DNA of 64,000 bases from assembly GCA_043228905.1 (NCBI GenBank), contig JBHGNT010000009.1, forward strand, positions 17,980,001-18,044,000, written 5' to 3'. Source of the stretch: Azolla caroliniana. Taxonomy: Eukaryota; Plantae; Polypodiophyta. Positions 1-8,448 of the stretch are shown piece by piece (position 1 is the stretch's first letter; every line of letters begins with the position of its first letter). The notes below the pieces were generated by a model that was given only the letters and a program-made list of their open reading frames with translations, was not told where the DNA came from and ran no database searches. Made by a program: the position numbers and the translations under genes.

Positions 1-558
1 TGGAACGCAGGCAAATGGATACTCCGGTATTTGAAGGGCACTTCAAATATGTGTATCTGATTCGGCTCCGAAAAACCTCAACTGGACGGTTTCACCAATT
101 CGGACATGTCGGCTGATGTGGATACCAGCCGGTCTACATCCAGGTATGTGATGACATATGCAGGGGGAGTTGTTTCGTGGCAGTCGAGGCTGCAGAAGAC
201 AATTGCATTGTCAACCACAGAGGCGGAGTACATGGCGGCTGTGGAAGCCGGCAAGGAAATATTATGGATGAAGGACTTCATCGGAGAGCTCGGTATCCGG
301 CAAGAGGAATACCGACTCTACTGCGACAGTCAAAGTGCCATCCACCTTGCTATGAATGCGGCCTACCATTCCCGGACGAAGCATATCCAGCGGAGGTATC
401 ACTGGATCCGGGAAAGAGTAGATGACCAGGAGTTTGCATTGACAAAGATCCACACGACCGAGAACGGGTCAAATATGCTGACCAAAGTGCTAACACCCGA
501 CAAGCTGGACGCATGCCGGAAGAAGATCGGGTTGGTAAGACACCCCATGCCGGAGTGA
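1..558 (+). mobile_element. Ty1/copia pol 3' end (RT tail and RNase H)
   Basis: ORF 106-558 has copia RNase H motifs ([37 protein letters not shown]); polypurine tract GAAGGGGGAG at 557-566. Confidence 0.95.
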
Positions 559-568
559 AGGGGGAGTT

Positions 569-1321
569 TGTTGGGAAACAGGTCCCTCCGGATGGGAAGG
601 GAGAAGAACAGTGCCGACGAACAAACTCAGCCGAGGCCGAAACCGTATGAGGAGGACCCGGCTACGGAGAGCCGGATGGTGCAGGCCCGGTATGAGCCTG
701 ATGAGGAGTACCCGGTTACGGAGAGCCGGATGGTGCAGACCTGGCATGAACCGGATGAGGAGTACCCGGCTACGGAGAGGCGGATGGTGCAGACCCGGTA
801 TGAACCAGATGAGGAGTACCCGGTTACGGAGAGCCGGATGGTGCAGACCCGGTATGAACTGGAGGAAGAGACATATTCGTAAATATGTTTCTGAGAGCCC
901 ATTGTGGCTATATTCGTAAATAGCCGAAAAGTCATATTAGTATAAATATGACTTAGGGCAAACTAATATGTAGGGTTGTTGTTATTTTTCTTGTTGGTGC
1001 AAGAAGAAGAGATAGTACGTAACGTTGTACAGAGAGAGAGAGAAAGAGGTCGATGCCTCTGTTGTAACCGCCGCCTGTGGCGAAGATCGTGAGTCCGAGG
1101 TCGTTGCCTCCGTGAACTCACTGTTTTGTACATTCATACATAGTGACAGTTTGCAGCCTGTGGGCTGCCGTGGTTTTTCCCCTAGTTTGGGGTTTTCCAC
1201 GTAAACCTCCTGTGTACCATTTCTCTTCTTTGTGTCACGTTTCATTACCTATTTTTCTGTGTATGAAAAGAATCTCGGTTGTGGTCGAGTCTTGCACATA
1301 AGGAACGTCCAGTTCCTAACA
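569..1321 (+). mobile_element. 3' LTR of the copia element
   Basis: Begins TGTTGG just after the PPT and ends CTAACA; TATAAAT at ~941; similar to LTRs at 2270-2647 (-) and 44374-44918. Confidence 0.85.
643..865 (+). repeat. Four copies of a 54-bp tandem repeat in the LTR U3
   Basis: Unit GAGGAGTACCCGGyTACGGAGAGCCGGATGGTGCAGACCCGGTATGAACCnGAT. Confidence 0.9.
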
Positions 1322-2269
1322 AGCACCTCGAGCACCTCCGCGTGGATGCTCGGCGTCACCACTCAAGGGAATCTTGACAACCGTCTGTCCTCCGGGATCT
1401 CCCTCATGATCATTTCGGCCCGATAGGCCTCCAAATAGCTTCTGGTATTCTTCCCACCGAATCGGCCTATGGTGCCGACAATCGATTCTATGTCCCTATC
1501 AAGGGCACTCGTTCCCTCACGAGCACTAACTAGCCGGTTGACGACTACTGCCATAGCTTCAGCAAGCTCGGATCCCCTCATCTTCAACTCCTTTGCCACC
1601 TTCTTTCACGCCGAGTTCACCAAATATGTCGTATTGTTACACTCTCACGTGTGAAATGAGGCAGGACCGCGGGGGCCCTGAACCAAGGAGCGTGAGAAAG
1701 GAGAGGGAGAGCGATTCATGGAAACAGAGAGAGAGAGAGACAGGAGCGGAAAATTCAATTACAACGTCAACAACGATTACAACGGGCAAGCCGGCAACTG
1801 ACCCAAAACGGAGGTTCCACGCACACACACGGACGACACAGAGAACGCACGGTGGAGCCTCTGCTGGAAGCACACGGGCTTACACACAGCAGAAGCAACC
1901 GACACGGAAACGTAGTGGAGAGCAACGGTGGAGGAGAGAGCTCGGTCCCCAATCCAACAACACTTCATCCTCACCAAAACGCGATACTTTCTTCTCCTTC
2001 TCCCCTCCCTTTTATAGGTAATCGAGGAGGCCGTTACATCAAAACAGATTAACTTTATTCTCTGTCCTTTCCGACAAAGATACGCATCGATGCCCTAGAC
2101 AATTAATACCCTTCCTAGTACATATGTACATCAGCCGATCTATTCCTAGATATGTACAATTCATTAACACACACACGCGCGAAAAGGATTGGGTCATGCC
2201 TCCTCCCCTTGATTCCTCCTAGGGGCGGTTTTGTCCACGACAACGTAGTGTGCGGACTACACTACGACA
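1322..2269 (-). mobile_element. Truncated Ty3/gypsy 5' end: LTR 1627-2269, tRNA-Trp-type PBS, gag start
   Basis: LTR ends TGTCGTA..TACGACA; minus-strand TGGTGAACTCGGCGTGAA (1605-1622) resembles the complement of the plant tRNA-Trp 3' end; gag-like IGRFGGKNTRSYLEAY in ORF 1363-1599. Confidence 0.75.
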
Positions 2270-3740
2270 ACGTGGAAAACCCTAACAGGGAAAAACCACG
2301 GCAGCCCACAGACTCCAACTATCACTATATGAGAGGAAATACAAAGTGTAGGCACAGAGGCAACGACCTCGTGCTTGGGATCTTCGCCAGATGGCGGTTA
2401 CAACAGAGAGTGCTCGTGGCTACTCTCTCTGTCACTGTCTATACAATAGTTACAACAATATGACATCTCTACCTATAAAGCGATTTCCCTAAGTCATATT
2501 TATACTTATATGAACTTAGGGCTATTTACAAATATAGCCTCAATAGGCTTGCTCAAGACATATTAACAAATATGTCTCTCTTCTGGTTCTCACCGGGTTC
2601 TCTTCATTCATCACCGTATCCCATCCGGAGGGACCGATTTCCCTACAATCTCCCTCTTCTCTCCGGCATGGGATGTCTTGTCAACCCGATCCGCTTTCAG
2701 CATGTGTCTAGCTTGTCAGTTGTCAAGACCTTGGTCAGCATGTCCGACCCGTTCTACTATGCGTGGATCTTCGTTAGCATGAACTCTTGATTTTCTACTC
2801 TCTCTCGGATCCAGTGGTACCTCCGTTGGATATGTTTCGTCCGGGAATGGTAGGCCGCGTTCTTTGCAAGGTGGATGGCACTTTGACTGTCACAGTAGAG
2901 CCGGTATTCCTCCTATTGGATTCCTCGCTCTCCGATGAAGTCCTTCATCCAGATTATCTCCATGCCGTCTTCTACAGTTGCCATGTACTCCACCTCCGTG
3001 GTTGACAACGTAGCCTCGGCTGCCACGAAATAGCTCCCCCTACATAAGTCATGACATATCCGGATGTAGACCGGTTGGTATCTGCATCAGCTAACATATC
3101 CGAATCCGTGAATCCGTCAAGTTGAGGATTACTGGAGCCGAACCGGAGGCACATACTCGAGGTGCCTTTCAAATACCGGAGTATCCACTTGACCACATTC
3201 CAGTGCTCTCTTCCGGGATAGCTCATGAACCGGCTCCCCACTCCGACTGCATATCCAATATCCGGTCGGGTACACACCATTGTGTACGTTAAGCTCCTGA
3301 CGGCAGAGGCATACGGTATCTTCATCATATCCGCCTTCTTTGCCTTTGTCCTCGGGCTCTACTTTCCGGATAGCTTGCAGTTTGCCGGAAGTGTCAATCC
3401 GACCTGTTTCACATTCGACATGTTGAACCGTTGAAGCACTTTCGTCACATACTTTTCCTGTGACAGCCACTACAACTTCTTCGACCGGTCCTAGATGATG
3501 TGCATACCCAATATCTGTCTTGCCGAACCCAAGTCTTTCATTGAGAAAGTTCGGTTCAAAGCCTTCTTCAGCATCCGGATCTTGCCTTTGTCTCGTCCAA
3601 TGATCAGCATATCATCCACATAGAGTATTAGGAAATCTCCTTCCCTTTCAGTCCGTATAAGCTCTTCTTCAACCGCATACCAGGTTCTCCTTCCCTTTCT
3701 TCATGAATCCATCTGGTTGTTGCATGTAGATTTCTTCATG
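2270..3740 (-). mobile_element. Degenerate Ty1/copia A, 3' part (RT, RNase H, PPT, partial LTR 2270-2647)
   Basis: HEEIYMQQP, LYVDDMLI, IPYASAV, TRPDIGYAV, GFTDSD; frameshifts and stops. Confidence 0.9.
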
Positions 3741-3905
3741 ATGAAACATAGAGCAAACTCTATGTCAGCCTCTATCTCAACTAGTGCCTCCGGTCCGGAA
3801 GATGTATGGTTCGTCGATTCCGGTGTCTCAAACCATATGACATCACATCAAGAATGGTTCCGAGAACTTCAAGAGCCGCACTGACCCGGCTATGTCGAAA
3901 CCGGA
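3741..3905 (+). mobile_element. Copia B fragment 1 (protease N-terminal half)
   Basis: Translates to VWFVDSGVSNHMTSHQEWF...PGYVETG. Confidence 0.85.
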
Positions 3906-3937
3906 ATTGGCAATGCTAGATTTTTTCAATTCGTTAA

Positions 3938-4017
3938 TGACAACTATGCGATTTGAACCCACGCCCTCTCGGATTGGAGCCTAAATTCAATGCCTTAAAC
4001 CACTCGGTTAAATTGTC
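3938..4017 (-). pseudogene. tRNA-Leu(UAG) copy 1, degenerate
   Basis: A box TAACCGAGTGG and T-stem mismatches relative to the array consensus. Confidence 0.8.
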
Positions 4018-4276
4018 ATTAAGATGATGACATCAAAAGAAGTACATCATTCATAAAATTGCATAAGAGTGTAACGAAAGAGAGTGATATTTGAAGTGGT
4101 GTCTATTTCAGTGGGTGGGCAACAATGTTAAGCGCACAATGTGTAATGCAAGCACACAAGGACTATGTCAAAGAAAGAATATGTTTAAAGTTTTCTACGG
4201 CCTTGTTTTGGAGAAGAAAAACATAATAGTTGTTCCATGAAAATTTTGGTAATGCTAGATTGTTTCAATCCACTAA

Positions 4277-4356
4277 TGACAACCGTGGGATTTGAACCCA
4301 CGCCCTTTTGTATTGGAGCCTAAGTCAAACATCTTGCACCACTTGGCCAAATTGTT
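4277..4356 (-). pseudogene. tRNA-Leu(UAG) copy 2, degenerate
   Basis: B box GGTTCAAATCC intact; D arm, anticodon stem and first base mutated. Confidence 0.8.
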
Positions 4357-4580
4357 GATGACATCAAAAGAAGTGCACACTTGATAAAGTTGTAAAAGAG
4401 TGTTAAAATAGAGAGTAAAGTTCTCACTGGGAAACAATGTTAAGCAAATCAATATGCAATGCAACCAGTAGATCTAAGAGGGGATGTTTTAATATTTTCT
4501 AGCGCCCTGTTTTGTACAAGAATAACGTAGTAGTTATTTCATGAAATGTTTGGTAATGCTAGATTATTTTAATTCGTTAA

Positions 4581-4660
4581 TGACAACTGTGGGATTTGAT
4601 CCCATGCCCTTTCGGATTGGCGCCTAAATCCAACGCCTTAGACCACTCGACCAAATTGTC
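4581..4660 (-). pseudogene. tRNA-Leu(UAG) copy 3
   Basis: Near consensus but B box GGATCAAATCC and one anticodon-stem mismatch. Confidence 0.8.
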
Positions 4661-4912
4661 GATGTATTGATGACATCAAAAGAAGTATACCATTGATAAA
4701 ATTGCAAAATAGTGTTAAAAAACAGAGTTATATTTTAAGTGGTGTCAATTTAGGTCAACGGGCAACAATGTTCAACACATCAACGTCCAAAGCAAGTATT
4801 AGGTTGAAGAAAGGACACACTTATAATTTTTTATCGCCTTTTTTTGTAGAAGAATAACATATTTGTTATTTCATGAAACGTTTGGTAATGCTAAATTTTT
4901 TCAATTCTCTAA

Positions 4913-4992
4913 TGACAACTGTGGGATTTGAACCCACGCCCTCTTGAATTGGAGCCTAAATCCAACGCCTTAGACCACTCGGCCATATTGTC
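4913..4992 (-). tRNA. trnL-UAG: tRNA-Leu(UAG) copy 4, near intact
   Basis: GACAATATGGCCGAGTGGTCTAAGGCGTTGGATTTAGGCTCCAATTCAAGAGGGCGTGGGTTCAAATCCCACAGTTGTCA; A and B boxes intact, one acceptor mismatch. Confidence 0.75.
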
Positions 4993-5244
4993 ATTGAGTC
5001 GATGACATCAAAACAAATGCACACTTGATAAAGTTTCAACAGAGTGTTTAAAAAGAGAGTGATATTTTATGTGGTGTCAATTTCGGTTTCTAGGCAACAA
5101 TGTTAAGCACATCAATGTGCAATGCAAGCACTAGGTCGAAGAAAGGACACAATTAAAAAATTGTATGGCCCTCTTTTGTACAAGAATAATGTAGTACTTA
5201 TTTCATGAAATGTTTGGTAATGCTAGATTATTTTAATTCGCTAA

Positions 5245-5324
5245 TGACAACTTTGGGATTTGTACCCACGGTCTTTCGGATTGGAGTCTAGATCCAATGC
5301 CTAAGACCACTAGACCAAATTGTC
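5245..5324 (-). pseudogene. tRNA-Leu(UAG) copy 5, degenerate
   Basis: B box GGTACAAATCC; anticodon loop and D arm altered. Confidence 0.8.
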
Positions 5325-5576
5325 AATGCATTGATGACATTAAAAGTAGTACACCTTTGATAAAATTGCAAAATAGTGTTAAAAAAGAGAGCTATATTTT
5401 AAGTGGTGTCAATTTAGCTCAACTGGCAACAATATTTAGCACATCAACGTGTAATGCAAGTTTTAGATCGAAGAAAGGACTCGCTTACAATTTTTTATGG
5501 CCCTTTTTTGTACCAGAATAACATATTTGTTATTTCATGAAAAGTTTGGTAATGCTAAATTCTTTCAATTCTCTAA

Positions 5577-5657
5577 TGACAATTGTGGGATTTGAACCCA
5601 CGCCCTCGTCGGATTGGAGCCTAAATCCAACGCCTTGGACCACTCGGCCAAATTGTC
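5577..5657 (-). tRNA. trnL-UAG: tRNA-Leu(UAG) copy 6, fully paired cloverleaf
   Basis: Acceptor GACAATT/AATTGTC, anticodon arm TTGGA-TTTAGGC-TCCAA, long variable arm, T arm GTGGG-TTCAAAT-CCCAC. Confidence 0.85.
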
Positions 5658-6067
5658 ATTGTGTCGATGACATCAAAACAAGTACACACTTGATAATGTT
5701 TCAAAAGAGGGTTAAGAAAGAGAGTGATATTTTATGTGGTGTCAATTTCGGTGTCTAGGCAACAATGTTAAGCACATAAATGTGCAATGCAAGTACTAGG
5801 TCGAAGAAAGGACACAATTAAATTTTTTTATGGCCCTCTTTTATACAAGGATAACATAGTAGTTATTTCATGAGGGCCCAGGAGAATGGTTTTGGGCGAA
5901 CTCGAGGGTCCCGGAGATTCTGTTGTTGCTCGGATGGTGCTGAGAGGAATAATAACATGGCTTCGTTAGTATGGTTAACTTGCAAAATAATGTTGGACAG
6001 GGTCTGAACCAGTTGATCGATTGGCAATGTGGGTTGATGTTCTTGAATTTGTTGTTCTTGCCGCTAT

Positions 6068-6212
6068 AGCAAGCACCGCGTGCTTGGCATTCGAAGATAA
6101 CGCAATATCTTCATCAAATCGGCTTCCGTATGTCAAAATCGGACAACTCCCTCTACATACGAAGCGATTCTGCAAGTCTGATCGTCATCATCTTATATGT
6201 GGATGACCTAGT
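6068..6212 (+). mobile_element. Copia B fragment 3a (RT), interrupted by the Tat-like element
   Basis: QAPRAWHSKITQYLHQIGF...LYVDDLV; resumes at 18901 as IGGEHLVEI. Confidence 0.9.
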
Positions 6213-6921
6213 TGTGGAAGTGTTTTTAGAATCTAAGCCATTGAACATTAGGAGAATATAAAGTATAGATAATTCACCTTTTGAGGATAAGAACACGAAC
6301 TAAGACCTTAGGGAAGAAGTCAAAAGTAAAAATACGAGACCAAGAGAAAAGTAAAAAGAGAAAACGCAGACTATAAAAAACAGTAAAAATAGAATGGTCA
6401 TAACTCCCTCGTTGTTTATCCAAATATCACGTTTAAATATGGATTAGAAAGCTTGTAAAAAGAGCTTTCTATAGCTTTTTAAATCGCTTAATTTGGATAT
6501 CGGATAAGGGAGATATGACGATTAGAAGGTCGATGTGTCATAGCTAAAAATAGGGAGATAAAAAGCTTCTAAAAATAGCATGAACGTGGATAAGAAGAGG
6601 AAGGTTATAAAAGAAGAAGTGATATTAGTGAAGAGGGAGGGCTAAGAGTGAAGGCCAAAGAGTGGATGAGGAGTGTTAGGAAGAAGTGTCTTTGTGGAAG
6701 AGGAAGTGTCTTAGAAGAGGAAGGTCTTTGGTTTTAGTTCAATGTGGAGTTTGTCTCCTTTGTATTCTCTTGATGTTGGAATATCAGAACTGTCATGAGA
6801 TGGCAAGACTCGAACCCATGACCTTATGGTATATGGGTCGAGCTCTTAACCATCTCACCATCTATTGTAATTCATAGAATATTATTTTCATTTATGTTTT
6901 ATTATAAAAAAGTAATGTATA

Positions 6922-6981
6922 TTCCAGATTTCTCTGGAACATTCTAGAAGCTTCAGGATTATTCCTGAGAACACTATAAAA
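6922..6981 (+). promoter_or_regulatory. Extended heat-shock element plus TATA box in the chromovirus LTR (copy at 12160-12219)
   Basis: TTCcaGATttCTCtgGAAcaTTCtaGAAgcTTCagGATtaTTCctGAG; perfect four-unit core 6937-6954; TATAAAA 6975-6981. Confidence 0.85.
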
Positions 6982-7290
6982 GAAGGCACTAAGCATTATG
7001 TTGAACCAAATTGGTTCAACACCAGTCTTAAGCCTCTTAGTCGATTTGTACTTATCTTTCATATAATATAAGAGCTGCTGTCATCATCCTATTTCTCTCT
7101 CTCTCTCTCCTCTTCTCACTTCCTCTCTCTCGGGAATCTTACGCAGTCCCGTCCTCTTAGTACTAATAGTACTACTCTTCTTAGTACTAATACCATCTCT
7201 GTTTTAGTACTATTCCTGACAGTTTGAACCAATTTTTTCCTCTAGCCTACTTGTCACTCTCCCTCATCCTCCTACCCTTTCCCCTATACT

Positions 7291-8448
7291 ATGGCTACCG
7301 TTAGCGCCCAAGAATACCAATCCGTTTTCTCCGAGCTACAGTGCCTAAAAGAAAAGTTTGTTGCCTTGGAACAAGAAAACCAACGGCTGATAGGGGATCT
7401 GCAACAAATCGCTCTAGAAAAACAACAAACGCAACAACAACATGGGGAGTTAGCGTTACGGGTACAACAACTCGAAGCAGCGTTGCAACAACAAGGATCC
7501 AGTCCCCAAGGATTTCATAAAGAGCCCAAGATTGGACTTCCTGTGAAATTTGATGGAACGCGTTCGCAATTTCGGGGATTCCTTAATCAGGTACGCTTAG
7601 TCATCCAGATGCATCCTTCCCGATATCCCACTGATGCATCTCGAGTCGGCCTAATAGGCACGCTACTTAGCGGCTCAGCCTTGGCATGGTTCGCTCCGCT
7701 TCTAGAAAAACAATCGCCCTTGCTTAATAACTTTGAAGATTTTATTGGTGAGTTTAAAGCCTGCTTTGGAGACACCGACAGCATCAGGACGGCGATCAAC
7801 AAGATCCGGCGATTGCGTCAAGGCGATCGTCCAGCCTCTGCCTACGCGGCGGATTTCCGCCTACTTGCTTCAGATATACCCTGGGATGATCAAGCACTAA
7901 TGGAGCAGTTTCGCTATGGCTTGCGAAACGATGTCAAAGATCTACTTCTAACTTTCCCCGAAGAACCAAAGTCTCTTACGGAGGCAATCAGTCGAGCAGT
8001 TCGATGTGACAACCGCCTTTTTGAACGGCGTTCAGAACGTCAATTACAGATACCACGCTCTAGGCCAGAGCCCACTTACGCCGCAGTCGCGGCTAAACCG
8101 TTTGCACGAGACATACCTCAAGCAAATACTTCGACACCGATGGAGATCGATACCATGCGTCGACGCGGCCCGTTATCGGAAGAAGAAAAGCAACGACGAC
8201 GTGCCAATCGATTATGCCTTTATTGCGGTGGACCAGGACATATCGCCATCAATTGTCCCCATAGGCCAAGAAGACAGGTAAATCAAATTGTCGCCTGTAC
8301 TAAACCTGAGTCAATTCTTCCCTTCGGAGTGTCTGATAGTAGTAATAGTACTAATAGAGTGTCAGATAGTATTCATAGTACTAATAGCCCAAGTATCTCA
8401 AATAAATTTGAAATCCTTAGTCAATTAGATGAAGAGTTAAACGATTGA
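7291..8448 (+). CDS. gag: Chromovirus Gag (coiled coil, capsid, CCHC knuckle)
   Basis: 385 aa; LPVKFDGTRSQFRGF, LLSGSALAW, LRQG, PMEID, CLYCGGPGHIAINC. Confidence 0.95.
   Translation: MATVSAQEYQSVFSELQCLKEKFVALEQENQRLIGDLQQIALEKQQTQQQHGELALRVQQLEAALQQQGSSPQGFHKEPKIGLPVKFDGTRSQFRGFLNQVRLVIQMHPSRYPTDASRVGLIGTLLSGSALAWFAPLLEKQSPLLNNFEDFIGEFKACFGDTDSIRTAINKIRRLRQGDRPASAYAADFRLLASDIPWDDQALMEQFRYGLRNDVKDLLLTFPEEPKSLTEAISRAVRCDNRLFERRSERQLQIPRSRPEPTYAAVAAKPFARDIPQANTSTPMEIDTMRRRGPLSEEEKQRRRANRLCLYCGGPGHIAINCPHRPRRQVNQIVACTKPESILPFGVSDSSNSTNRVSDSIHSTNSPSISNKFEILSQLDEELND

Larger units (their letters stand above)
3907..5873 (-). repeat. Tandem array of six ~332-bp units, each carrying a tRNA-Leu(UAG) gene
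   Basis: tRNA ends at 3938, 4277, 4581, 4913, 5245 and 5577 (periods 339, 304, 332, 332, 332); units 3/5 and 4/6 share diagnostic bases, giving a 664-bp dimer. Confidence 0.95.

Noticed and set aside
568-935. Repetitive ORFs in three frames
   Set aside because: By-product of the 54-bp LTR repeat; no protein signature.
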